Shown here piece by piece: positions 50,442-59,739 of a stretch of DNA of 64,000 nt (positions are counted from its first letter, which is position 1; every line of letters begins with the position of its first letter). A model generated the notes under the pieces. It saw only the letters and a program-made list of their open reading frames with translations. It ran no database searches and was not told where the DNA came from. The DNA comes from an uncultured Alphaproteobacteria bacterium (GTDB lineage: Bacteria > Pseudomonadota > Alphaproteobacteria > Rs-D84). Location: the NCBI GenBank assembly GCA_905233975.1, contig CAJOGD010000001.1:86263-150262 (forward strand), in the 5' to 3' direction. The position numbers and the translations under genes are program-made.

Positions 50442-51693
50442 AGATTATCACCTCATAGTTCCACATTTTTCTGGTGGCATTCCACGACACCTTGGTCATA
50501 TACACACCACCAAAATCTTCGAATATCGTCATGAATTGTTCCGGTATCAGTTTTGATTCCGCGGACACACCGACGAAAAGCACATCTTTTGAATCCCGAC
50601 CATTTGACACAACATCAACCATTGACACAACTTCTGCGTCCATGTTTATAGATTGAAAGCGACTTGTTAATTCACGCACCATCGTTTCAGTATCGCGTTC
50701 ATCATACGATTGCGATAATACGCGTTCCGGCAATTTTGCACGAACGATTACTTCGTTGTCATTCACTTCTTGGACAAACACCCCTGGCATCACATCGCCG
50801 GCTATGTTGTAAAAATCATCTAATGTTCCAAAAGACCGCTTAAACGTTGCCGTCACATGCGATTTACCACATTCAACCACAGTTTGGTTCCAACCCGCGA
50901 TTTGTTGCATCAAAAACCCAATCGCACGATAGCACAAATCCGCACGTTCTTCCGGATTTGGCAAAGAATCATACGGCATAACTATTGGTTGATATTCCGG
51001 TTCTTGCCTTATCTCAAATTCTTTATCTAATTCTTTTTCTTTCTCTTCTATCTGTCTTTTATATTCAGCCGCCAATTCAGGATTTATCTTTGCCATTTGT
51101 GGTTTCGGCGCAAAAACTTGATTTATCGGTTCACGAAAGAAATATAAAACAACGAACACAAACGCGGCGAACAAAACCGTTGACATTATACTTCTTGCGA
51201 ACAAACTTATCGGGTGCAAAACCGAATGCACACGCCCAGAAAGCAATTCCATTAAATTACGTTCAACCGCACGCGGCATTCCCCAATCCGCCGGTGCAAA
51301 CGAAGCATTCCAATCAGGAATTTCGTTCAATTCGGCATATTTTTCGCGCGCACTGTCTTCGTCATCAAATAACAAATCGTGCAAAATGACACCGTTTCGC
51401 ACCGCAACAAGAACGTATTTATTATCAACCCTAAATGCGCCCAACATCGAAGAATATCCCGGCAGCGCATTAATAATTTCAATCGCAATAGATGGCATTC
51501 CGGAACGATGCCCCTTGGCCCGCGCACCCAAACCAACCATTTCATTATATCGTATATAAAGGTTCAAATGTTTGTCTATGCCGTTTGCCAATTTTTGTGC
51601 ATACGCGCGCGTCGTAAAGCCAGACACCATCGGTTGCCATATCAATTCCGATGCATATTTTTTTCTTTTAATATGAACATATTGACCCGACAA
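50431..51693 (-). CDS. bitopic inner-membrane assembly protein (PilO(R64)/BfpC/GspL-like topology)
   Basis: 420 aa: a ~165 aa cytoplasmic domain, a single TM (SIMSTVLFAAFVFVVLYFF), and a ~235 aa periplasmic domain. First gene of the operon. Confidence 0.5.
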   Translation of the reverse strand: MSGQYVHIKRKKYASELIWQPMVSGFTTRAYAQKLANGIDKHLNLYIRYNEMVGLGARAKGHRSGMPSIAIEIINALPGYSSMLGAFRVDNKYVLVAVRNGVILHDLLFDDEDSAREKYAELNEIPDWNASFAPADWGMPRAVERNLMELLSGRVHSVLHPISLFARSIMSTVLFAAFVFVVLYFFREPINQVFAPKPQMAKINPELAAEYKRQIEEKEKELDKEFEIRQEPEYQPIVMPYDSLPNPEERADLCYRAIGFLMQQIAGWNQTVVECGKSHVTATFKRSFGTLDDFYNIAGDVMPGVFVQEVNDNEVIVRAKLPERVLSQSYDERDTETMVRELTSRFQSINMDAEVVSMVDVVSNGRDSKDVLFVGVSAESKLIPEQFMTIFEDFGGVYMTKVSWNATRKMWNYEVIIYAK

Positions 51694-51767
51694 AATCTCT
51701 CTCCGAAATACTCCTGTGTGGATTATAACACAAAACGAACATTTAATTCCAGTGTAAATTATTAAAT

Positions 51768-51873
51768 AGTGTTAGTGTAAGTGATTAGTGGTTAGTCGTT
51801 TCTGGAACAAATCCGTAATTACGAATAATTCCAGACACTACTAACCACTAACACTAATCGCTTACACTAATCG
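51768..51873. repeat. MITE-like palindromic repeat, copy R4
   Basis: Arms agtgttagtgtaagtgattagtggttagt and ctactaaccactaacactaatcgcttacactaatcg. Interior cgtaattacgaataattccaga is shared with R3. Confidence 0.8.
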
Positions 51874-52286
51874 CAATTTCCGTTAAACGATGCGGCACAT
51901 GGTTTAATATCATAATCCGGCATAGGCCTATCGGCACGCGCGGTCTTTACGGCATGTATATTCGGACATTCATAAACATTTGCCGCCAAAACGAATGCGC
52001 GTTCCGGTCCAAACACAACCCATTCATTTGGTTTGGTCCGTTGGCTAACAATCCAATATGCGTTTCCTGGGCGCGCCTGGTCGGCAATACGATTTTCCAA
52101 ATAGCGTCTTGCGTCATCGACATCATAAACAGAAACCTCGGATTCTATTTTATACAAAAACACGCAACCGATTGGTTCACCATCAAGTTGTTTTATATAC
52201 TCACTGCCGTTTTCGTTTTTGATATAGCCACTGCACCCAGCAAGCGCACCAAGGCATAAAAGCAACAAAGCAAATTTTTTCATCAT
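51867..52286 (-). CDS. small lipoprotein (139 aa)
   Basis: MMKKFALLLLCLGALAGCSG lipobox. Confidence 0.5.
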   Translation of the reverse strand: MMKKFALLLLCLGALAGCSGYIKNENGSEYIKQLDGEPIGCVFLYKIESEVSVYDVDDARRYLENRIADQARPGNAYWIVSQRTKPNEWVVFGPERAFVLAANVYECPNIHAVKTARADRPMPDYDIKPCAASFNGNCD

Positions 52287-52301
52287 TTCCCCCCTGTTTT
52301 A

Positions 52302-53243
52302 TCACGCGTCTATTATATCATAATTATCCGGATTGCTAAACAGTTTTTTAAGCAGTGCATTATTCAACGCATGACTGCCCTTGTACGATTCTAAACTGCC
52401 GATAATAAAGCCACCGGACGTGAACATGTCGCCAAGTGCATCAACAATTTTATGCCGCACAAATTCGTCCGGCCACAAAATTCTATTTAACACACCATCA
52501 CCGGCATAGTTCAAAACAATAACATTTTTTTCATCTGCGCCGCGCGCCATACCATGTGCCTTAAGGTAATTCCATTCAGAATATTTTCCAAACGTCCGCG
52601 CGGCGGAAATGTTCCGCAGGAAATTTTGCCTTGACCATTTTGTATCATCAAAGGAATACACAAAACTCTGTTTTCCTATTATCGGTTCGCGATACACCAA
52701 TGTCGCCTTGATATTCAGCGCCCCATCATACGACGGCGATAACTTTACAAAACCATCAGACCGCCGCCCGTATAAAAAATTCGAAAGATATACATTCATG
52801 CGCGTCCAAAACGGCAATTTGCGTAAAACCTCACGCGCGGTAACGGTAATTTCTTTTTTCACAACGATTTTTTTACCCACACCATTTGTCACACCAACCG
52901 TTATAAGACCTTTATAAAAATTAACCGCACTGCCCTCTAAAATCGGCACTTCGGCACTATCAACATCAATCAGCGCACTATCAACCCCCGCGACAAAAAG
53001 CGCCGCCATCAAATGTTCAATTGTTTTAACATGCGCACCATTTAAATTGCCAATGGTCGTATTCCGCATTGTTGTATCCGAAACATTATCATATGTCGCC
53101 GGAATTGGTTCTTTATCGTCCAAATCGATACGACGAAAGAAAATCCCCGGCCGATCAAACGGTCGTATAATCATATTTACCGGCAATCCCGAATGAATAC
53201 CAACTCCGGAAAATTCAACATTATCTTTAACGGTTCTCATCAA
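52302..53243 (-). CDS. lpxC: UDP-3-O-acyl-N-acetylglucosamine deacetylase
   Basis: 313 aa with N-terminus TVKDNVEFSGVGIHSGLPVNMIIRP and overall LpxC length and pattern. Confidence 0.85.
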   Translation of the reverse strand: MMRTVKDNVEFSGVGIHSGLPVNMIIRPFDRPGIFFRRIDLDDKEPIPATYDNVSDTTMRNTTIGNLNGAHVKTIEHLMAALFVAGVDSALIDVDSAEVPILEGSAVNFYKGLITVGVTNGVGKKIVVKKEITVTAREVLRKLPFWTRMNVYLSNFLYGRRSDGFVKLSPSYDGALNIKATLVYREPIIGKQSFVYSFDDTKWSRQNFLRNISAARTFGKYSEWNYLKAHGMARGADEKNVIVLNYAGDGVLNRILWPDEFVRHKIVDALGDMFTSGGFIIGSLESYKGSHALNNALLKKLFSNPDNYDIIDA

Positions 53244-54141
53244 TTTTCTCCTTTAACCAAACAAAGAAATTATCATCTATTTTTGTTTCTAACTTTGCAA
53301 ATTTTATTGTTTCGCGAACATCGGCGGGCAATCTGACCCAATCTTTTTCGGTCGTCACAAGTTTCGCCTTTTTGCGTTTTGCGCTTTCAATTAGATACGC
53401 AATATCATTTTCATTATATTGATAATGGTCGCCGAAACTGCGCCGCGCAACGACACCGGAAAGCGAATTAAAAAACTTTTTCGGATACCCAATACCGGCA
53501 AAGGCAAACAACTTTTCACCGCGCGGATACGGCGACACAGTATGATTTTCCGCGTAAAAGACGGGTATTCCGACCGGCAACACAAATTTTTTATGCGGCT
53601 TTTTATTTTTTATAACGATAATCGCATCGGCTTTCTTTACATGACTTTTTGGCACCCGCAACGGCCCCGACGGAATCAGAAAACCATTCCCAAACCCCAA
53701 ACCTTGGTCAAAAACCAAAATAGAAATATTCTTGGCAATAGATGGATTTTGCAAACCGTCGTCCATAACAATCGGGCCATTGTCGTTTTTTTGCCGGTCC
53801 AACAACATTATATTGCTTTTTCTGTGTCCGACATGCACCGCGATACCATCAGACATCAACATTGCCGCCTCGTCCCCAATATTGTCTGTGTATGTCGTCC
53901 GCTTATATCCGCGCATAACAACCGGCGCGTCAAGATAATTTGCAATTATGCGCACAATTGGCGTTTTACCAACCCCACCCGCAAAGATTCCGCCGACACA
54001 TATAATTTTCCGCCGCGATTTATACGCAAACATTTTGCGCCATAAAAACACAACGCGTCCCGCCAAGTAATAAACAAACGCAACCGGCAACAATAAAAAA
54101 CTAATCGGCGTTTTGTGTAAAAACCACCAAGGTGTCTTCAT
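53227..54141 (-). CDS. lpxK: tetraacyldisaccharide 4-prime-kinase
   Basis: P-loop GGIFAGGVGKTP; 304 aa. Confidence 0.8.
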   Translation of the reverse strand: MKTPWWFLHKTPISFLLLPVAFVYYLAGRVVFLWRKMFAYKSRRKIICVGGIFAGGVGKTPIVRIIANYLDAPVVMRGYKRTTYTDNIGDEAAMLMSDGIAVHVGHRKSNIMLLDRQKNDNGPIVMDDGLQNPSIAKNISILVFDQGLGFGNGFLIPSGPLRVPKSHVKKADAIIVIKNKKPHKKFVLPVGIPVFYAENHTVSPYPRGEKLFAFAGIGYPKKFFNSLSGVVARRSFGDHYQYNENDIAYLIESAKRKKAKLVTTEKDWVRLPADVRETIKFAKLETKIDDNFFVWLKEKIDENR

Positions 54142-54921
54142 TTATTTATACCTTTTTGTAAGTTTTGGCTCTTTGCCCCCTCTCTTTGCCTTTTTAAAAT
54201 CCGCGGCATTAAAATCTTGTTCTATTATCGGCAGGTTAAATTCCGCGTCCAAAGTCCGCAGTTGCCCAACCATCGCATCTTCCAATTCTTTACGTTTCAA
54301 TTCAAAATCTTTGGCGGATATTTTTGAATCTATATACATTGGTTCGCCAACAATACACTTTACGCGGGTAAAAGGATACACCAACAAATACCGGTCCCAA
54401 CGCCGCTGAATCCAAACATGCCGCGCCGAAAAGCATACCGGAATAATCGGCGCACCGGTCATTTTCGCAAAATAAAGCGCACCTTCCTGCACACGCAGCG
54501 ACGGCCCACCCGGCCCATCGGGCGAAATACAAAGCGAATGGTCGCCACGCCGCAAAACACGCACACCATCACGCAAAACCGAAAGGCCACCGTTATGCGA
54601 ACTGCCATAAATCGCGCGCAGACCGAACAAATGTTGCAACTTTGCCATCATTCGGCCGTCTTTATGCCGACTTGTCACCGCATAGGACTTCATGCCACCC
54701 AAACACACAATCGGCGACAACATAAAACTGCGCCCATGCCAGAACACAAAAATCGCCGGTTTATGCCGAAACCGCTTAAAAGTTTCATAATTAACGACTT
54801 TTTTACGACATGTAAAATACACAAACCAAATCAGCAACGCCATAATTCCGGCGATAATCCACTGAAAAATAGACAGCCCCAAAATCGGTTCCCAAAATTT
54901 TTTCCAAAGTTTTCTAAACAT
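54142..54921 (-). CDS. lysophospholipid acyltransferase-like protein (DUF374 family, commonly in kdtA-lpxK operons)
   Basis: N-terminal TM, then FWHGRSF and a basic C-terminus. Immediately upstream of lpxK on the same strand. Confidence 0.55.
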   Translation of the reverse strand: MFRKLWKKFWEPILGLSIFQWIIAGIMALLIWFVYFTCRKKVVNYETFKRFRHKPAIFVFWHGRSFMLSPIVCLGGMKSYAVTSRHKDGRMMAKLQHLFGLRAIYGSSHNGGLSVLRDGVRVLRRGDHSLCISPDGPGGPSLRVQEGALYFAKMTGAPIIPVCFSARHVWIQRRWDRYLLVYPFTRVKCIVGEPMYIDSKISAKDFELKRKELEDAMVGQLRTLDAEFNLPIIEQDFNAADFKKAKRGGKEPKLTKRYK

Positions 54922-55011
54922 AGCACAGCGATTTTAGCAACAAAGAAAACGGATTTCAAGCATACTTTGGCCACCACCCCACCCCCACAACACAATAAAA
55001 CGAACAAAAAT

Positions 55012-55045
55012 CTTGACAATGTGTTATTTTGTATTATATTATAAC
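55012..55045 (+). promoter_or_regulatory. sigma70-like promoter (TTGACA-16-TATATT) for the large hypothetical gene
   Basis: cTTGACAatgtgttattttgtatTATATTat, with an AAAGGA SD before the ATG at 55068. Confidence 0.4.
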
Positions 55046-55067
55046 CAACAATAAAAGGATGTTGAAA

Positions 55068-56891
55068 ATGGATTTGAAAGAAATAGAACGAATGCTTGGA
55101 CTTCCGAACAAACCACAGCCTAGCCCGGTTGGGGTACCGCTCGTTGCACTGCCATATCTGGCTTTGGACGGATTAAAACTTGCAATCTTGGCCTGTTTAG
55201 AACCAACAACCGCATACAAAAAAGCCAAAACATACGAACAAAAGTTGGAAGAATTAGGCAAAATCTTACAAACACTGGCAAGTTCAAATATTGAAGACTC
55301 TTTGGCCAAAGGTTCCGAAGCGCAAATCCATGTAAATTTTGCTAAAAATGCCTCCGAAGAAATATGCACGCTAATACAAGAGGCAATAAATAAAGCAACG
55401 GGGCTGAATGACAAAAAATTGTTCACTTTTAAGGTTTTTAACACCCCAAACAGTCGCAAAGAAACGGCGGTATTTCAATCCCCAAAAGAAAACCTTCGGA
55501 CAACCATCGGCACCATGTTAGAGCGTTATTCGGGACGTTATTTCAAATTTTCCGGCGATTTAAATGCAGAAGACATTGTTTTCAAAAACACCGACAATTC
55601 TTGGATTTCAAACCTTACCGTAACCGGCACTTTTAAATGTGACAAGCATAATAAAATATTCCCCGCCAAGGTTGGAACTCTTGATTGCTATAATCTTCGC
55701 AAAAATTATATAACACCCGATACACAACTCCCCGAAGCAAAAGTCATCAATTGCGCATACAGCGTAACCGGTTTTGATGTACTTATGGATATATTACCCA
55801 GTGGATTAAGACACTTAATCGTTGAACCGGGCATGATACGACTTGAACCCAATCCGCAAAACCCGGATGCCCCAATCCGGAAACTGCGTTTAGCAACAGC
55901 ACGAGAATTCAGAAAGAAATATCCACGATTAAAGATTACTGACACAAACGGTAAAAATCTATCAGATATATTGAAAAGACTCGATAACGAAGGCAATCTT
56001 AAACCAATAAAAAAACCAAAAACGGCGCCAAAACCGCGCACCACACCAACAAACACATTGCCCAACCAAATAATAGGCCAACATTTGTCGGTCCCGGATT
56101 TAATAATGTTTTGTCGTACAATTCCGGACAAATACGGCAAAGATAAATTTCCAGAAAATAACGACCTAAAAGATCCGATTACAAGAGCTTTGTTGTCTGG
56201 CAAACTCAAAACAAAAAAATTCGTGATTGCCAGGGATGGCCATACAAAAATTCAGGTTATTGACATATCCGAATTTGAACTTTTCACAACTATCCTGGAT
56301 CAGGTAATTGTCGAAGACGAAAAGGCAAAAGCGATGAAACAGGTGGCGAAACAAACCGTCCACGTTGTCATGCCACAGAAACAACAAACCGTTCAACCGA
56401 CAAAAACCAACGAACAAAATCAAACAAAAATTGTAAAATATATACAACCAAGCGTATTCGACGAAATTGTGTCTGACGTAAATTACAAGTTTGCTATGCA
56501 AGTTTTGCACGATATTGAATCCGTAAACACCGACCCATCAGACCCCACAATAAAGAACAACACTTCTTTAAACTCAACCGCCCCAACCAAGATAACAAAA
56601 GCCGGCGGATGCTATATCAAACAAACCAACGGAAAAGAAAAAACCATTATATGGATTGTCGCACAGGACGAAAACGGGAACAAAATATTTGTGTGCCAAG
56701 GATTCTTTAAAAAGAACACTCGCCCAAAAAAATTTATACTTCAACAAGGTTCTCGAAAGTTGCAGACGTTCACAAAAGAAGAGTTAAACGACTATATTTC
56801 TGTCTCAAGTTTGATTGAGTTTGATAAGGCTCCAAAACCTGGACCTTTAATACAACAACATTTCGGAAGAAACCTGTACCAAAAATCATAA
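55068..56891 (+). CDS. large hypothetical protein (~607 aa) with a Lys/Pro-rich linker (KPIKKPKTAPKPRTTPTNTLP); candidate secreted effector
   Basis: Start set at MDLKEIERML behind the SD. No TM segment or signal peptide. No recognised domain. Confidence 0.55.
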   Translation: MDLKEIERMLGLPNKPQPSPVGVPLVALPYLALDGLKLAILACLEPTTAYKKAKTYEQKLEELGKILQTLASSNIEDSLAKGSEAQIHVNFAKNASEEICTLIQEAINKATGLNDKKLFTFKVFNTPNSRKETAVFQSPKENLRTTIGTMLERYSGRYFKFSGDLNAEDIVFKNTDNSWISNLTVTGTFKCDKHNKIFPAKVGTLDCYNLRKNYITPDTQLPEAKVINCAYSVTGFDVLMDILPSGLRHLIVEPGMIRLEPNPQNPDAPIRKLRLATAREFRKKYPRLKITDTNGKNLSDILKRLDNEGNLKPIKKPKTAPKPRTTPTNTLPNQIIGQHLSVPDLIMFCRTIPDKYGKDKFPENNDLKDPITRALLSGKLKTKKFVIARDGHTKIQVIDISEFELFTTILDQVIVEDEKAKAMKQVAKQTVHVVMPQKQQTVQPTKTNEQNQTKIVKYIQPSVFDEIVSDVNYKFAMQVLHDIESVNTDPSDPTIKNNTSLNSTAPTKITKAGGCYIKQTNGKEKTIIWIVAQDENGNKIFVCQGFFKKNTRPKKFILQQGSRKLQTFTKEELNDYISVSSLIEFDKAPKPGPLIQQHFGRNLYQKS

Positions 56892-56938
56892 TTTTGTTTG
56901 ACAATGATAAAATATGATTTATAATTATTGCCGTTTAT

Positions 56939-57015
<77 letters not shown>

Positions 57016-57027
57016 GTTTAAATGAAA

Positions 57028-57053
57028 AATACACCGCAATGGTGTATTTTTTG
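57028..57053 (+). terminator. rho-independent terminator after tRNA-fMet
   Basis: AATACACC-GCAA-TGGTGTATT followed by TTTTT. Confidence 0.6.
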
Positions 57054-57196
57054 TTTAAATCTTGTTGTGGTCTGTGGTTTGTGACCCGCAACGCAGTTGC
57101 CGGTTCAAAATTTGTATATAAGAACGAACGATAGTGAAGTTCGAATAACTACAAATTTGCGCGCAGCCGGCACATAATGTGCCGCGCGAGCGAAAT

Positions 57197-57211
57197 CATC
57201 CCCCGCAACCA
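57197..57211 (+). repeat. direct repeat of the tRNA-fMet 3-prime end (CATCCCCCGCAACCA), copy 2
   Basis: Identical 15-mer to 57001..57015. Confidence 0.8.
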
Positions 57212-57330
57212 AAGTTTCAAAACTTGCCCTCTGGGGCAAGTTTTTATTTGTTTTACAATACATACATGAGGTTCGAAAGTTAACTTTTTGAAATAGGCAA
57301 ATTTTCGCCACTTTTTGAACTGTACAGAAT

Positions 57331-57984
57331 TTAGTATTTGTTATTATAATAACCATTTTTTAATGCATCTATACATATTTCTTGAGCTTCAGCAAGCTGT
57401 TTTGAAATTTTTGAATAACTTCTGGGATTATTCTTATCTCCCGTTATTTTTGCTATGTTTTTTCCTTGTTCATCTTGAATAATACAATCTGTAGTTCTAT
57501 AAATTTTTTGACATTCTTGTGAACCAGCATAATCATAAGTAAAGAACCCTGTCGTATAAGTATTAGACGATCCATATGCAGATGCATAATTACCATAACT
57601 ATATGCATTTGCAGTACCATAAGTATGACTTCCGGTTGGAACGTATCTAGTATTATAAATAGGACATTTTGTTGAATACGGATAGTTTGTTATTTTTATT
57701 ACTAAATTATAATTTTTTCCTGTTTTGTTACATATATCAACATCTTCTTTTGTATAATTTGAGCAAACATCCAGGTCAGATTTTAATTCTTTAACCTCTA
57801 AACTATTACCACCATCTACTTTGGACATATATATTTCTTCGCTATTTTGTTCAAGAATTAAGATAGTATCTTTATAATAAGTATTAGCAAAATTTATAGG
57901 TGTTTCTGTAGTATATTGTTCCATATGATAAGTACTAGTACACCCACACAAAAATAATAAAAACAAAGTAAATAATCTTTTCAT
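57331..57984 (-). CDS. lipoprotein, AT-rich, island cargo
   Basis: MKRLFTLFLLFLCGCTST lipobox. Tyr/Asn-rich. Confidence 0.5.
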   Translation of the reverse strand: MKRLFTLFLLFLCGCTSTYHMEQYTTETPINFANTYYKDTILILEQNSEEIYMSKVDGGNSLEVKELKSDLDVCSNYTKEDVDICNKTGKNYNLVIKITNYPYSTKCPIYNTRYVPTGSHTYGTANAYSYGNYASAYGSSNTYTTGFFTYDYAGSQECQKIYRTTDCIIQDEQGKNIAKITGDKNNPRSYSKISKQLAEAQEICIDALKNGYYNNKY

Positions 57985-58052
57985 ATGCTCACCATTTTTA
58001 ACATTATCATTATATCTCAAATGTATTATTTTTCAATATAATTAAGTTCTAC

Positions 58053-59159
58053 TTATGCATCTACTATATCTATAAGTTCTTGAAACTGATACATGGCAGC
58101 ACGTCGACCGGATGATTTTCTTCTTTCTTTTAAAATACCTGCTTTTATCAACTTTTCTAAAATATTTCTTGATGTAGCTCTATTTGGGATGCCACACTCA
58201 TGAATAAACTGCGTGGATGTAAAAATTGGTCTTTTAAACAAGGCGTCTAACGCACTCACTGAAAATCGAGATTTTGTTATTTCTTGAAATATTGATTTGT
58301 TTTCCTCATATAATTCCAAAATTTTTTTAGCTTTTTCGTAATTTTTGTGTGATTGTTCTTTTACAGCATTTAAAAAGAATAACACCCACGAATTCCAATC
58401 ATTTTTATTTTCTATATATTTAAATGCCTGTTCATATTCATCTCTATGCTTATTGAGATATTCGCTAAGATAAAAAACAGGTTTAATCAATATACTCTTT
58501 TGATATAAAAATAATGGTATTAACATCCGACCTAAACGTCCATTCCCATCATTAAAAGGATGTATCATCTCAAATTGTGCATGCAAAACAGCCAACTGAA
58601 CAAGTGGGGTATCTTCAGTACTATTTACATAATCCATCAAATCTGTCATACAAGGATTAACGGATTCCGGTACAGGTGGAATAAAAGTCATTTCTTCAAC
58701 CGGTCTTCCTGGTATTCCTATATAATTTTGGGTTATCCTAAATTCACCAGGATTCTTATCTTTTCCTCTTACATCTCTCATTAAAATTCCATGTAAAGAC
58801 CTAATCAATGATGCAGAAATTTTATGACCTTTGCTAACCGAGTTTTCTCCTATTATTAGGGCCATACGATAATTTAAAACTTCCTTTATATCATCCTTTT
58901 TGCGTTGAGACAAATCTGTATTTTCATCAGCATCATACTCTAATACGTCCGTTAACGTGGCTTGTGTACCTTCTATTTCAGAAGAAACGCGAGCTTCATT
59001 ACTTGTTAAAGGCGATAATAAAACATTCGGATTTGGTATAGCTAACAATAACCCATTGTAAGTAGCCAAACCCCTTTCAGCTAGTGCTAAATACGGTGCC
59101 AACAATTTCCAATCTAAATTGTTTATAGGTAATAAAGATGGACTATACGGAGATAACAT
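58053..59159 (-). CDS. fic: Fic/Doc family protein (AMPylation-type toxin/effector)
   Basis: Canonical Fic motif HPFNDGNGRLGRML. 368 aa with a C-terminal winged-helix-like tail. Confidence 0.85.
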   Translation of the reverse strand: MLSPYSPSLLPINNLDWKLLAPYLALAERGLATYNGLLLAIPNPNVLLSPLTSNEARVSSEIEGTQATLTDVLEYDADENTDLSQRKKDDIKEVLNYRMALIIGENSVSKGHKISASLIRSLHGILMRDVRGKDKNPGEFRITQNYIGIPGRPVEEMTFIPPVPESVNPCMTDLMDYVNSTEDTPLVQLAVLHAQFEMIHPFNDGNGRLGRMLIPLFLYQKSILIKPVFYLSEYLNKHRDEYEQAFKYIENKNDWNSWVLFFLNAVKEQSHKNYEKAKKILELYEENKSIFQEITKSRFSVSALDALFKRPIFTSTQFIHECGIPNRATSRNILEKLIKAGILKERRKSSGRRAAMYQFQELIDIVDA

Positions 59160-59169
59160 ACTTTACATA

Positions 59170-59295
59170 TTAAACACTTTTTGTGTAAAATCAAGTTAAA
59201 TTTATTTTACACAAACACTTTTGTGTAAAACCCAATATTATCAAACTATTTTGTGTAAAACATCGATTAATTTATTTTACACAAACACTTTTGTT
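59170..59295. promoter_or_regulatory. iterated palindromic operator upstream of fic: five copies of TTTTGTGTAAAA / TTTTACACAAA, including a perfect 26-bp palindrome
   Basis: aaacacTTTTGTGTAAAA, TTTTACACAAAcacTTTTGTGTAAAA, TTTTGTGTAAAA and TTTTACACAAAcacttttgt, all within 130 bp of the fic start codon. Confidence 0.5.
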
Positions 59296-59505
59296 TGCTT
59301 TTGAGCTATATTTTTGTAGTGTTATTGTTAAACCATCTAGGTAAAAATCAATAATTTGATTACGTTAGACTTCTTGCCCAGATGGGCATAAATTTATCAA
59401 TAAAAATGTTTAATATATATTCGGTAAACCTAATTTGTCTTTAAAAAGTCGTATTTCATGTCCAAATGCTATTAAATCCGTATAGTTATTGGCTCGAGAA
59501 CTGCA

Positions 59506-59520
59506 CATCCCCCGCAACCA
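59506..59520 (+). repeat. direct repeat of the tRNA-fMet 3-prime end, copy 3 (distal att-like end)
   Basis: CATCCCCCGCAACCA, identical to the tRNA end. Confidence 0.8.
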
Positions 59521-59540
59521 GTTAAATAATAAAAATAACC

Positions 59541-59570
59541 CCAAATGGGTTATTTTTATTATTTAATTTG
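59541..59570. terminator. bidirectional hairpin terminator (AACCCAAATGGGTT) flanked by T/A runs
   Basis: aataaccccaaatgggttatttttatt. Probably the ancestral terminator displaced by the island insertions. Confidence 0.5.
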
Positions 59571-59739
59571 TTCCGATGGTTGAATCACCGAAACAAGGTG
59601 GTTCACCACAAGCGAGAGCCAGACGGCAGTATGGCGGTCAACCGTCAAGGTTGACGAGCGCAGTTGCGGCGCGGTTTTTAACCGCGCCAAATCCCCCCCA
59701 GCTATAAAAAGTCGTGACTTTATAATCGTTTGTGATACA

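Larger units (their letters stand above)
57016..59520. mobile_element. two tandem integrase-less genomic islets inserted at tRNA-fMet (57016..57211 and 57212..59520). The second carries a lipoprotein and fic.
   Basis: Three direct copies of CATCCCCCGCAACCA (tRNA end, 57197, 59506). AT-rich cargo. A displaced terminator lies just beyond the last repeat. No integrase ORF is present. Confidence 0.45.

Noticed and set aside
59170-59295. Possible CRISPR array suggested by the repeated TTTTGTGTAAAA units
   Set aside because: Units are only 11-12 nt. Spacing is irregular and partly palindromic. No cas genes are present. An operator interpretation fits better.
57016-59520. Search for an integrase, recombinase or excisionase gene within the tRNA-fMet islets
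   Set aside because: Neither strand contains an ORF with a tyrosine- or serine-recombinase signature. The only ORFs are the lipoprotein and fic. The islets are therefore described as integrase-less and not as an intact integrative element.
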